Assembly: GCA_037968895.1 (NCBI GenBank)
Contig: JBBKWJ010000175.1
Location: forward strand, 1,166 to 65,165
Length of the DNA stretch: 64,000 nucleotides
From: Acidimicrobiales bacterium
GTDB lineage: Bacteria > Actinomycetota > Acidimicrobiia > Acidimicrobiales > SZUA-35
Direction: 5' to 3'
Under the pieces are notes generated by a model, which was not told the origin of the DNA, searched no databases, and was given only the letters and a program-made list of their open reading frames with translations. A program made the translations under genes and the position numbers. Below are positions 38,222-47,845 of the stretch, one piece after another; within the stretch, counting starts at the first letter, position 1, and each line of letters opens with the position of its first letter.

Positions 38222-39718
38222 GTGAGCGAATCTCTCAGCAAACTAGATCCCGGTCAGCCAATTTTGTTCGGAGGCAACCGCGTTGTCCGAGTGAGCGACG
38301 CTCTCGCGGCTGAGTTCATCGACGGCGATCAACTGCTAGTTGCTGATGGCGAACTTCTCCATATACCTGCGATCGAGGCAGCTACCGCCGCCGCAGCGGT
38401 TGACCGGGCCGTTCGAGCCTTCGCCGAGATGGGCACGGTGACCGACGATGCCATCACGCTGTTCTTCGACGAGTTTGCGATGCGGCTCGCCGACGACGTC
38501 GCCTTCGCTCCGATTCAGACCGCGAACGATGACGACATCGAGAAGGCTCGAGGTCGCGGTAGATCGACAACAAGGCTCGAACTCTCAGACACCATGCGCG
38601 CCGACATGATCGCCGGTCTCACCGCCTGGCGCGATGCAGCCTCGGCTCGAGACTCGGTCATCGAAACCGTTGAACATGATGGTTGGTCGCTCGAGCAACG
38701 GGTCGCAGGGCTTGGGCCGATCGGATTCGTATTTGAGGGCAGGCCGAATGTCTTCGCCGACGCGTGTGGCGTGCTCCGCAGCGGCAATACTGTTGTGTTC
38801 CGCATTGGTTCTGACGCACTCGGCACCGCGAAAGCGATCGTGAAGCATGCCCTGAATCCAGCGCTCAAGGCTGCGGGCTTACCCGACGGTGCAGCCTCGC
38901 TCGTCACGAGCTCGGCGCACGCAGCTGGTTGGGCCATGTTTAACGACAATCGGCTCGCCCTTGCGATTGCCCGTGGTAGTGGCAAAGCGGTTGCTCAACT
39001 TGGCACGGTAGCTCGGCAGGCTGGTGTGCCGGTTTCGCTGCACGGAACCGGAGGTGGCTGGATTGTGGCCAGTGCCTCCGCCGACGGTGACCGACTGGAG
39101 GCTGTTGTTGCGGCCTCACTCGACCGCAAGGTCTGCAACACGCTCAACACCATGTGTGTGACCGCCGATGCCGCTGAGCGTCTTATTCCTCGGGTGCTCG
39201 CCGGGGTCGGAACCGCGGCAGCAGCTCGTGGCGTGAATCCTAAGTATCACATCTCGAAGTCGGCGTCAGAGTTTGTGCCAGCCGGCTGGTTCGAGGCGTT
39301 AGTTCCCATCCGTCGAGCCGAAGGCGACATCGACGAACCGGTGGCCGACTCAATAGGTGACGACCAGCTCGGGGTTGAGTGGGAGTGGGAAGAGAGCCCC
39401 GAGATCACCCTTGTCGTCGTTGAGTCCATCGGCGATGCGGTCGACGCTTTTAACGTGCAGGCGCCTCGCTTTGTGGCATCCCTAGTGTCAGAAGATGCAA
39501 GTGAGCAAGAGGCCTTCTGGTCAACGATCGACGCCCCATTCGTAGGTGATGGCTTCACGCGCTGGGTCGATGGGCAGTACGCGCTCAACCGTCCCGAGCT
39601 TGGCCTCAGCAACTGGGAGAACGGTCGGCTTTTCGCTCGCGGCGGTGTGCTTTCTGGCGACAGCGTCTACACCGTCCGGTCACGAGTTCGCCAAACGGAT
39701 CCCTCAGTTCACCGCTAG
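38222..39718 (+). CDS. proA: Gamma-glutamyl phosphate reductase-like protein (divergent, N-terminally extended)
   Basis: ANDDD, RLEL, GFVFEGRPNV, RSGN, ARGS, KVCNTLN (catalytic Cys), TRWVDG, ELGLS, ARG. Confidence 0.7.
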   Translation: MSESLSKLDPGQPILFGGNRVVRVSDALAAEFIDGDQLLVADGELLHIPAIEAATAAAAVDRAVRAFAEMGTVTDDAITLFFDEFAMRLADDVAFAPIQTANDDDIEKARGRGRSTTRLELSDTMRADMIAGLTAWRDAASARDSVIETVEHDGWSLEQRVAGLGPIGFVFEGRPNVFADACGVLRSGNTVVFRIGSDALGTAKAIVKHALNPALKAAGLPDGAASLVTSSAHAAGWAMFNDNRLALAIARGSGKAVAQLGTVARQAGVPVSLHGTGGGWIVASASADGDRLEAVVAASLDRKVCNTLNTMCVTADAAERLIPRVLAGVGTAAAARGVNPKYHISKSASEFVPAGWFEALVPIRRAEGDIDEPVADSIGDDQLGVEWEWEESPEITLVVVESIGDAVDAFNVQAPRFVASLVSEDASEQEAFWSTIDAPFVGDGFTRWVDGQYALNRPELGLSNWENGRLFARGGVLSGDSVYTVRSRVRQTDPSVHR

Positions 39719-39733
39719 CAAACGCTGGTTGGG

Positions 39734-40369
39734 TTACGGGAGAACGGCCACGCCTTCGGCGAGTGTTGTTGGATCCCACGCCGGACGGCCGAAAACCTCG
39801 TTCACTTCTCCCCTAAAACTCTCGAGCGGGTCGATCGTCTCGTCCGGCTCGAAGCAGTTCTGGTCGAACCGAGCACAGAAGTCGAGGCAGAGGTCGTACC
39901 ACTTGTGCCCAGCAAATTCGTCTCGGCCGTTGCGGTCTCCGCTGTAGAAGTGGGCGTAGTAGAAGCTCTGGAACACGCCATGCTGCTGAATGACCCAATG
40001 CACCTCTGCTCGAACGTAGGGACGAAGGAGCGCAGCCGCGAGTTCTGAGTGGTTGTACGGGGCAAGTTCGTCGCCGATGTCATGCACGAGCGCGGCCACG
40101 ACCCAATCGATGTCGGCGCCGGCCTTTCGCATTCTTGTCGCCGACTGGAGCGAGTGTTCAAGACGGCTGATCTGGTAGCCACCCATCGAACCGTCGAGAC
40201 GACCAAGTGTGTCCATCACATGGTTTGGCAGGCTGGCCGCGTGGGCACGCTCAAATTGGCCGAGGAGCTCGTAGTCATCCGCCGTTCCGTCTTCCATCGC
40301 ACGGAAACTCACGATGCCGGTTGGCATGTTTCCGTCGAATGTTTCCCTGACGAGAGCTGGTTCGGTCAT
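39734..40369 (-). CDS. HD-domain protein with full H-HD-H-H-D dimetal ligand set (PhnZ/TmpB-related)
   Basis: LEHSLQSA, VHDIGD, YNHSE, QHGVF, RFDQ; ATGA-coupled to the upstream dioxygenase. Confidence 0.85.
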   Translation of the reverse strand: MTEPALVRETFDGNMPTGIVSFRAMEDGTADDYELLGQFERAHAASLPNHVMDTLGRLDGSMGGYQISRLEHSLQSATRMRKAGADIDWVVAALVHDIGDELAPYNHSELAAALLRPYVRAEVHWVIQQHGVFQSFYYAHFYSGDRNGRDEFAGHKWYDLCLDFCARFDQNCFEPDETIDPLESFRGEVNEVFGRPAWDPTTLAEGVAVLP

Positions 40370-41505
40370 AGTTCTTCCCCGGATATGTCAAGGCCGAGCT
40401 GGTTCCGGCGATACGCCAGACGGTACAACGTGTCGATCCGCTCATGATCGATGTAGCAGCCCTCCAAGTGGCGAGGACCGGTGTTGGCATCGAAGGCCGT
40501 TCGACCGTGCAGCAGTCGATGGTTATCCATGATCAGCACTTCGCCCGCTTCCAAGCGGAAGGTCAACTCGTTCGTATCGTCTGCGAAGTAGTCACGCAGC
40601 CACCGTCGACCGCGATAGAACGCATCGAGTCGAGGCGGCGCAGCCGACTCAACGTAGTCGAGCCTGGTCGAGTAGCGAAGCTGTTTGAACCGTCCGGCGG
40701 CATCAAGGGCGATGATCGGTGCTCGGTCGATCATGACTGAGCTTGGCGTGTCGTAGACGAACTCGACTTCGAGTTCTGACAGAGCCGAGAATGCTTCAGG
40801 GTCGGCACTGGCGAGAGCAGCCACAGCCGCCGATCCGTCGACGAGCGTTGAGTCGCCACCGACGGCACCATTGACGATCGCGTGCAACATCTGGATACCG
40901 GCGACTGGTTTGCGATACGGCTGGTCGGTGTGGGCTGCGAGTCGGAGGCCGGTGTAGGCAAGGTCGGTCGGGTTTGGTTTTGACTGGACCTGAAACGTTG
41001 TGCCGAAGGCACTTGGAACCAGAAATCCAAAGTGATTGGCCACGTCGACAACTGAGCCGACGACGGTGGGCACGTTGGACACCACGATCCAACCGAAGCG
41101 GAAGAAGGCGGTGAGTGCATCGAGCATTTCAGGGCCAGTTTGATCGCTGAGCGTTGACCACGAGAACCGCGAGATTGTCGCATTTGCGGTCGACCAATGT
41201 GAGGGAGCCGGTGGGGCATCGGCCCGTTGTTTCCATCCAAGCCACATCGCAATCTGGTCGACGGGAAAGTCAGCTTCGCAGCCGTCGGTAAATACGACCT
41301 GCAAAACGTCGCCAACGAACGCATGGTGTCTGACACCAAAGTGTTCGTTTAAGTCGCATGGGTCGTAGAGACGCTGGCCATTGCTTGGATCGAACGCGCC
41401 AACAACGGGTGCTCGCTCGCGGAGCCAGAGCGGATGAAGCTGGGTATGCATCGCTCCAACGTGAAAGTCGATGAGTCCACTGGTTCGAGGGTTGGTCAAT
41501 GTCAC
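40366..41505 (-). CDS. Fe(II)/2-oxoglutarate dioxygenase, gamma-butyrobetaine hydroxylase/TmpA-like (TauD/TfdA fold)
   Basis: N-terminal WLRER...QRL...FTDG domain; DLAYT, HTDQPYR, GGDSTLVDG, DNHRLLHGR, RHLEGCY. Confidence 0.9.
   Translation of the reverse strand: MTLTNPRTSGLIDFHVGAMHTQLHPLWLRERAPVVGAFDPSNGQRLYDPCDLNEHFGVRHHAFVGDVLQVVFTDGCEADFPVDQIAMWLGWKQRADAPPAPSHWSTANATISRFSWSTLSDQTGPEMLDALTAFFRFGWIVVSNVPTVVGSVVDVANHFGFLVPSAFGTTFQVQSKPNPTDLAYTGLRLAAHTDQPYRKPVAGIQMLHAIVNGAVGGDSTLVDGSAAVAALASADPEAFSALSELEVEFVYDTPSSVMIDRAPIIALDAAGRFKQLRYSTRLDYVESAAPPRLDAFYRGRRWLRDYFADDTNELTFRLEAGEVLIMDNHRLLHGRTAFDANTGPRHLEGCYIDHERIDTLYRLAYRRNQLGLDISGEEL
41314..41349. repeat. REP-like palindromic element, copy 2 (in frame inside the dioxygenase gene)
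   Basis: Minus strand aacgaac-actttggt-gtcagac-accatgc-gttcgtt = 36 nt = NEHFGVRHHAFV. Confidence 0.75.
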
Positions 41506-41586
41506 GAGAGCTAGTTTGACTGATGGTGAATCAATTGGAAAGAGGCAAAATCGTACCCCTACCCCTCATTCAAGTTATGGTGCCGA

Positions 41587-42510
41587 ATGACGAAACAACG
41601 GCCCCGGAAGTTGCTCCAATCGATTCCTCGCCTGCAACGGCTAGCGGTGTTCGATGCTGCGGCCCGATTGGGCAGCTTCACCGCCGCTGCCGCTGAGCTT
41701 GGTATGACCCAACCCGCAGTTACTCGTCACATCAAAGAACTAGAACGAGACCTTGGCGTGACGCTCTTCCTTCGCAGCGCGAACCGCAGCGAGCTTTCGG
41801 AGCTCGGGTGGGCCTTTCGGCACGCGGTCGAGGAGTCGTTCGCTGTTCTCGAACGATCTATAACCGACCTTGTGGCTACGCCGACGGAGTTTGTCCTCGC
41901 GACTCACCCCGGCCTGGCCCAGCATTGGCTTGTGCCCCGCATCGACCGACTGCAAGCAACACTCGGCGATGTCGACCTGCGGCTCTGGATCTTTGACCGT
42001 GATGCGGAACTCGTGCCGAGCGGTTTCGATGCGGCCATTCGTGTTGGCGACGGCTCATGGAGCGGTATTTCATCGAGGCTGCTGTTTCCCGAGGTCGTAA
42101 CTCCCGTTGCGTCGCCCGAATTCGCTGCGCAACACCAACTAAACGCACAAAGTTCAGCGTCCGATGTGTTCGCGGCGCCATTGCTCCACATGGACCATGG
42201 AGACCGCCCGTGGATGTCGTGGGGCGCGTGGCTCGATTGGTTCGACATCGAATTGCCGCGCCGGGCGACCCGAGTGCTTTACAACAACTATCCGGTCGTA
42301 ATCCAGGAAGCGCTCGCCGGTCGGGGCGTCGCACTCGGTTGGAGTCATCTTGTAGATGAATTGCTCGAGAGCGGGCTCCTTGTCCCTGTTGGTCCGACAG
42401 TTGAGGTTGAGGGGATTGGCTATTACCTATGTTGGCCGAACTCTCGCCCTCACGGAGTCGTTCCGCTACTCACAGACTGGCTTGTCGCGGAGTTCGGAGA
42501 AGATTCGTAG
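41587..42510 (+). CDS. LysR family regulator (GcvA-like), divergent from the dioxygenase/HD pair
   Basis: FDAAARLGSFTAAAAELGMTQPAVTRHIKELE HTH; WLVPR, YNNY..IQEALAGRGVALGW. Confidence 0.92.
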   Translation: MTKQRPRKLLQSIPRLQRLAVFDAAARLGSFTAAAAELGMTQPAVTRHIKELERDLGVTLFLRSANRSELSELGWAFRHAVEESFAVLERSITDLVATPTEFVLATHPGLAQHWLVPRIDRLQATLGDVDLRLWIFDRDAELVPSGFDAAIRVGDGSWSGISSRLLFPEVVTPVASPEFAAQHQLNAQSSASDVFAAPLLHMDHGDRPWMSWGAWLDWFDIELPRRATRVLYNNYPVVIQEALAGRGVALGWSHLVDELLESGLLVPVGPTVEVEGIGYYLCWPNSRPHGVVPLLTDWLVAEFGEDS

Positions 42511-42519
42511 GCTCCACGG

Positions 42520-43059
42520 ATGACTTCGATTCTGATCTTCTCCGGTAGCGCCCGCCAAGGTTCGCTCAACACTGCGCTTGTCCGTTCTGCGGGGGACATT
42601 GCTGAGGCGGCTGGTGCAACCGTCGATGAGGTGAATCTCGCAGCTATGGCCCTTCCGATTTTCGATGGCGACTGGGAGACAATTCACGGCGTTCCCGTTG
42701 CCGCCTCCGAATTGGCGACCCGTGTCCAGGCCGCCGATGCGGTGCTCATCGGTTCGCCCGAATACAACGGCGGCCCAACCGCGATGCTCAAGAATGCAAT
42801 CGACTGGGTCACTCGTGTCGACAAGACAGCGTTTCAGGGCCGGAAGATCGGCCTACTCGCAGCCACGCCAGGACAGAAGGGTGGTCAACACGGTCTCGGC
42901 GTTGTCGAGAGCATCTTCACCTGGATGCAGTGTGACGTGCACGAAACTTTCTCGCTCCCAAAGGCGCACGAGGCGGTCGTCGAAGGCTCCGTCGCCGACG
43001 ACGAGCACGAACGTCTTACGACGTGGGTCGACCACCTCATGCAGTCGCTCAAGCCCTAG
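42520..43059 (+). CDS. NAD(P)H-dependent FMN reductase
   Basis: GSARQGSLN, SPEYNGG, LKNAIDW. Confidence 0.9.
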   Translation: MTSILIFSGSARQGSLNTALVRSAGDIAEAAGATVDEVNLAAMALPIFDGDWETIHGVPVAASELATRVQAADAVLIGSPEYNGGPTAMLKNAIDWVTRVDKTAFQGRKIGLLAATPGQKGGQHGLGVVESIFTWMQCDVHETFSLPKAHEAVVEGSVADDEHERLTTWVDHLMQSLKP

Positions 43060-43089
43060 CTAGCTCGCCAGCAACTCGAAGTTGACCAA

Positions 43090-43497
43090 CTAGAGATCGA
43101 GGAACCGCGCTCGCTCCTCGGTCGTCGGGAGCCGACACGCATCCTTCGAGAAACCGAGCCGCAGACGGTGTCGGGCCACCAGTCGGTAGCCAGCGTCTCG
43201 CACCACGCGGGGAATGAATCGCAAGTTTGAGCCGACACGCCATGGCCAATCGAGATGGCTCGCGATCCGGGCAGTCGAATCGCTCATGCGATAGGCCTTT
43301 CCTGCATCGATAAAGACCAGGCTGGTGAGGTCAGTTGGATCGATGCCGTACGGTTCACAAAGCTCGGCCGCGATTGAACTCTGTAGTGCGGCGAACGAAA
43401 TGTCGTCAGCCCCGTTGTGGTCAAGTACGAACTGAACGGATCGCGTGCAAAGCCCGCATTCGCCGTCGTAGAGCAGGACTGGGCCAAGATCGGTCAT
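43090..43497 (-). CDS. DCC family thiol-disulfide oxidoreductase (DUF393)
   Basis: YDGECGLC, FAALQS, RDAGYRLVARHR, ERARFL. Confidence 0.9.
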   Translation of the reverse strand: MTDLGPVLLYDGECGLCTRSVQFVLDHNGADDISFAALQSSIAAELCEPYGIDPTDLTSLVFIDAGKAYRMSDSTARIASHLDWPWRVGSNLRFIPRVVRDAGYRLVARHRLRLGFSKDACRLPTTEERARFLDL

Positions 43498-44402
43498 TGG
43501 GTGGAAGGATAGCCGCCTGGCCGCTGAGGCCATTCAATCTCGACACAGAGACCAGCGTGGTCGCTCGCGATCAGCCCACCACTGCGTGATGTGTCGAAAA
43601 CAACTGCCGCTTCGAGAACCCGCCCGGCGTCGCCGGCCCGAGAATACGCGTCGCCAACAAAGACGTAGTCGATTCGCTTTCTATGGACGTTGAGGCTTGC
43701 CGCGGTCGGGTTGATTCGCCAGTCTTGGGTGATCCCTCGATGATCGGCACCGGCAGTTCGCCACGCGTCCTGGTAGAAGGTGACCTTGCCGTGTAGCGGC
43801 GTCAGACCGGCGAGGAAACGGATCTCGTCACTGTCTGGCTCTGCGTTGAAGTCGCCGCACAGGATCGCGGGCATGTGGATTCGTTTCTCGCCGAAGCGAA
43901 CCATGTCGTCTTTTGGTCCCCTGGACGCCTTGATGTGTTCGTCGATCGCGGCCACCTGGACCCGGCGGTGAAACTGATCAGTTGGCGCGGCGGCAAGATG
44001 AGTGGAGTACAGGTCAAGCCCCGCCGTTTGAGCGTGAAAAAGCTCCCACGGAACCTGACCAACGAACCCGTTGTCGTTTTTGTCGTCGATGGGGAGGCGC
44101 CAATAGTTGGTTGCGTCAATCGGCCAGCGAGAGAGCACTGCCGAGCCAAAGTGCATCGAGCGATCTTTCCACAGCTTCTCAGAAACGGAATCACCGCCAA
44201 AGGCCCAGAACCACGATTGACTCGCATTCTCCGCGAGCCATGACGCCGTGTTCTGTGTGTTGTCGTCTTGCCACGCCTCCTGCAGACACACGACATCGGG
44301 ATCGAGGTGATCGAGCCAGGCGACAATCTCATGCCGACGATTCTCCCAATCGGGCTCGAGCAACGAACCAATGTTGAGCGAGACCACACGGAGCGACGGC
44401 AT
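43494..44402 (-). CDS. Endonuclease/exonuclease/phosphatase family protein
   Basis: SLNI, DVVCLQE, THL, CGDFN, RIDYVF, SDH. Confidence 0.9.
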   Translation of the reverse strand: MPSLRVVSLNIGSLLEPDWENRRHEIVAWLDHLDPDVVCLQEAWQDDNTQNTASWLAENASQSWFWAFGGDSVSEKLWKDRSMHFGSAVLSRWPIDATNYWRLPIDDKNDNGFVGQVPWELFHAQTAGLDLYSTHLAAAPTDQFHRRVQVAAIDEHIKASRGPKDDMVRFGEKRIHMPAILCGDFNAEPDSDEIRFLAGLTPLHGKVTFYQDAWRTAGADHRGITQDWRINPTAASLNVHRKRIDYVFVGDAYSRAGDAGRVLEAAVVFDTSRSGGLIASDHAGLCVEIEWPQRPGGYPSTQ

Positions 44403-44422
44403 TCGGCGAGCTTAAGGGGCGC

Positions 44423-45895
44423 CTATTCTGCGGTCAAAGTGGTTCGATCTGACCTGGATACCGAGCTCGCTGGATCGGCGACGTCATCGACAAAATGAAA
44501 TGTCGGTTGAAGTTCGGTGGCGCTCAACCCGAGCTCGAGCCAACCGTTTGTCGGATCGATGTAGTCGATCGTTGGACTCACAAGTGGCAGTAATGGTGCC
44601 AAATCAATGTATTCCGCCGAGAATTGCGAGCTGATTGCGGGGGCCATGAATTCATGGGCGATGGGTTCCTCGGCCAGATCGAACGACGGGAGGTAGCGCA
44701 ACTGCATCGCGGAGTGCATGTCGCCCGAAACGAGGATCGGGTTTGTCACTTTCCGCAGTGCGGCAGTGAGCCTGTCTCGGTCGGTTGGGTGACCGGCCCA
44801 CGTGTATGCGGTGAGATCACCGTCGAGCTGTTCCACTCCGGTTCCCGTCACGAGGACTGAACTGGCGATGATTGTCCAGGTTGCGGGTTGTTGGAGCTGC
44901 GTTTCGAACCACTGCCACTGCGCCTCGGAGAGCATGTGGTCTGTAGTCGCGTCTTGGCGGCAATCAAGCACGATGAGATTGATCAGGTCGCCGAACGTCG
45001 CCGAGTGGTAGATCGTCGGGGGCTCATCAATTGGGGCCGGCAGACGGACCGGCATGTTCTCCCACCACGCCTGATAGCCCGCGAGCCGACGGTCAGGGTC
45101 GACCGACTGGTCATAGTCGTTGACGACCTCGTGGTCATCCCATGTACAGAACCACGGATGTGCGGCCGAACTGAGCTGAAGGAGCTCATCACGACGGTAC
45201 TGCGCATAGCGGGCCCGGTACTCCGGCAACGTCACAGCCTCTTGGCCTTCGATGAGCCGAACCTCGGTGCCCGATCCGAGTACGTACTCATAGATAAAGT
45301 CACCGAGCCAAACGAAAGCATCTATTGGGGAGTCGGCTATGTCACGATGAGCGGCGTAGTGGCCAGTTTCGAACAACTGGCACGACGAGAAACCAAGGGC
45401 GATCGAGGCCACCTCGTCGGCAGCAGATGGAAGAGTTTTCGTCCGTCCGTGTGATGAAGTCTGACTATCGGAGCGAAATCGATACCAGTAGGTCGTGTGC
45501 GATTGAAGGCCGGTGACGTCGACGTGAACCGAATACCCAAAACGATCGGTGGCCACGGTCTCGCCTGTTGCGACGAGGAGCGCGAACTCAGGATCGGTAC
45601 TGACCTCCCACACCAGTGGCACGTTCGCCGGCAGCTCGCCCACGAAGCGGGTCCAAAGAATGACCGACTCGGCGGTCGGAGCGCCGGATGCGACACCAAG
45701 GCCAAATGTCTCGGCGGGAAGGCTTACAGGTGGTGGTTCGAGACGGTCAACGCTGGCGAGAGTTGTCGTTGCTACCACGCCGGAACCGTCGGCCAACGGT
45801 GTGGTTCCCGATGACACTGCCGTACCAGCCGAGCCGCTTGTGCATCCGGCTGCGAGTAGCCCGGCCATCGATTGTAAGAATCGTCTGCGATCCAT
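44423..45895 (-). CDS. phoD: Alkaline phosphatase D family, Tat-exported lipoprotein
   Basis: RRRFL twin-arginine + LAAGC lipobox; GVASG, ILWTR, GDFIYE, WDDHEV, SGDMH. Confidence 0.88.
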   Translation of the reverse strand: MDRRRFLQSMAGLLAAGCTSGSAGTAVSSGTTPLADGSGVVATTTLASVDRLEPPPVSLPAETFGLGVASGAPTAESVILWTRFVGELPANVPLVWEVSTDPEFALLVATGETVATDRFGYSVHVDVTGLQSHTTYWYRFRSDSQTSSHGRTKTLPSAADEVASIALGFSSCQLFETGHYAAHRDIADSPIDAFVWLGDFIYEYVLGSGTEVRLIEGQEAVTLPEYRARYAQYRRDELLQLSSAAHPWFCTWDDHEVVNDYDQSVDPDRRLAGYQAWWENMPVRLPAPIDEPPTIYHSATFGDLINLIVLDCRQDATTDHMLSEAQWQWFETQLQQPATWTIIASSVLVTGTGVEQLDGDLTAYTWAGHPTDRDRLTAALRKVTNPILVSGDMHSAMQLRYLPSFDLAEEPIAHEFMAPAISSQFSAEYIDLAPLLPLVSPTIDYIDPTNGWLELGLSATELQPTFHFVDDVADPASSVSRSDRTTLTAE

Positions 45896-46016
45896 CTCGC
45901 TCCCCGGCTAGCTCGCTGTGAGTCTGCCTTCAATTGCGCTGCTATACGCCGATGGCCCTCGTTGCCCACGCCAACGAAGACGACGCCCGCGGCTCAGTGC
46001 CTGGTTTGCCTGCTGA

Positions 46017-46898
46017 CTAGCCCGAGCGGAGCGAAAGAGCCACGGCGCCAATAATCAGCGGTGCGCCAATCCACACTGCGGTTGACGGGGCCTCGCTGAG
46101 CAGTAGCCAGGCCAAAAGACCGGCGCCAATAGGCTCGAGGAGAAGCGAGAGCGACACCGGAAGCGAGCCCAGCACCTCAAGAAGATGATTCAGGACCGTG
46201 TGGCCTAGAAGCTGAGGTCCGAGAATCATCGCGCCAACCGCGAACCACGTTTGGGTCGAATACCCGCCGAGACTCGTGCCGGTGATGAGGCAGGCCGGCA
46301 AGAGAACAACGGCCGCAACGGCATAGGTCATGGCCGAGTAGGTCGTGGTGGTAAAGGTGTCTCGCAGGTGTTCGCCCGTGAGCAGGTAGACGGCAACCGC
46401 GGCCGCCCCAGCCACTGCAAGGGCATCGCCTTGTAGCGCACTCCCCGTAGCGCCGAAATCGCCGCCAGCAATGATGGCCGACCCGATGAGCGCAACACCG
46501 ACCGCGATCGTTGTGCGTTTCGTGATCGGCCGGCCAAGGGCAACGGAGAAGAGCGCGACGAAAATCGGAGCGGTGGCGACCAGCGTGGTCGAGGCGGCGA
46601 CCGACGTGAGTTCAAGCGACCGGAGCCACAGCCAGAAATGAGCGGCTAGTGCACTGCCAGCCAAAAGCAGGGCGGCAGCCTGGCGTCTTGTCGGCACTCG
46701 AAAGTGAGAACGAGCAGGAATGATCAGGAGTAGGGCCCCGCCCGCGGTTCGCCAGAAGGACAATGCGAGCGCACTTGCGTCGGCCCAGCGAATGAGGATT
46801 GCCGCCGACGACACCGCAAAAACGGCAACCGCGAGGAGTCCAAGGTGCTTCCCGTCAAGGCGCTTGCCCTCCACGCCGCCCTGTTGAGCCGTTTGCAT
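46017..46898 (-). CDS. DMT/EamA family transporter
   Basis: About 10 TM segments; AAILIR, TSVAAST, PQLLGH, LLEPIGA. Confidence 0.88.
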   Translation of the reverse strand: MQTAQQGGVEGKRLDGKHLGLLAVAVFAVSSAAILIRWADASALALSFWRTAGGALLLIIPARSHFRVPTRRQAAALLLAGSALAAHFWLWLRSLELTSVAASTTLVATAPIFVALFSVALGRPITKRTTIAVGVALIGSAIIAGGDFGATGSALQGDALAVAGAAAVAVYLLTGEHLRDTFTTTTYSAMTYAVAAVVLLPACLITGTSLGGYSTQTWFAVGAMILGPQLLGHTVLNHLLEVLGSLPVSLSLLLEPIGAGLLAWLLLSEAPSTAVWIGAPLIIGAVALSLRSG

Positions 46899-46995
46899 TT
46901 GCTGATCGTAGGGCGAACGGGGTGGTCATGCAGAGTGACGGATTTGATTAGAACGAATCAGTGACTTTGGCGGCGCTGACAGGCAAGATGGTGCG

Positions 46996-47817
46996 GTGAA
47001 ACCGATCTTACTTATCATGGCCGCAGGCCTCGGTTCTCGTTTTGGCGGCGTCAAGCAGCTTGCTCGTGTCGGCGCTAACGGCGAAGCAATCCTTGATTTC
47101 AGCATTTCAGACGCAATGGAGGCCGGTTTCGGCTCTGTCGTCATGATTGTCCGCTCCGAGATCGAAGCTGATGTTCGTGCGCATATCGACGAGCAGCATC
47201 CTGGTCTCGACGTCACCTACGTTCGCCAGGATGACTTCGGTGTTGTGCGAGCAAAGCCTTGGGGCACCCTCCACGCCGTCTTGAGCGCAAGGCCAGTTCT
47301 TGACAAGCCGTTCGCTGTTATCAACGCCGACGACTACTACGGGCCGAAGTCGTTCGTGATTGCAGCTGAACAGCTTGCCTCGATCACGCCCGGTCACGCT
47401 GATCTCATCGCCTTCGAACTTGCCAACACGGTGCCGCCATCGGGTGCCGTCACCCGTGGCGTGTGCGAGATCGACGCCGGAATGCTGGTTGGAATCGTCG
47501 AAACTGACGGGTGCGAGAAGCTGCCTGGCGGCGTCTTGATGGCCGGAGGAGTCGAGGTCGAATACGACACGCCGGTTTCAATGAACCTTTGGTGCTTCCA
47601 CGACAAGGTGCTCGCCGATTTCGACGCCCGCTGGCAAGCCTTCTTTGTTGAATTCGCTGACACGCCAAAGCGCGAATGCCAACTCCCGACTGTTGTCGGT
47701 GAGCTCATGGCTGACGGTCTTATCGAGGTTGCTGCGGTTCATTCGCCAGAGCAGTGGATCGGGATCACGAATCCAGACGACCTTGCGCTGGCCAAAGACG
47801 CTCTAGGGGATCGTTAG
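46996..47817 (+). CDS. NTP transferase (sugar-phosphate nucleotidyltransferase) family protein
   Basis: MAAGLGSRFGGVKQ, KPWGT, VINADDYYG, VSMNLW, WIGIT. Confidence 0.85.
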   Translation: MKPILLIMAAGLGSRFGGVKQLARVGANGEAILDFSISDAMEAGFGSVVMIVRSEIEADVRAHIDEQHPGLDVTYVRQDDFGVVRAKPWGTLHAVLSARPVLDKPFAVINADDYYGPKSFVIAAEQLASITPGHADLIAFELANTVPPSGAVTRGVCEIDAGMLVGIVETDGCEKLPGGVLMAGGVEVEYDTPVSMNLWCFHDKVLADFDARWQAFFVEFADTPKRECQLPTVVGELMADGLIEVAAVHSPEQWIGITNPDDLALAKDALGDR

Positions 47818-47845
47818 CCCTTCCACCATCGCTACCCTGCACAAC

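Noticed and set aside
36987-39718. amt-proA as one GlnR-controlled operon
   Set aside because: The proA-like gene has its own -10 (CATACT) 6 nt before its GTG, so the 20-bp gap does not show co-regulation.
42520-43059. FMN reductase as the dedicated reductant of the HD diiron protein
   Set aside because: It has its own apparent promoter, lies on the opposite strand and belongs to a ubiquitous family; adjacency is the only evidence.
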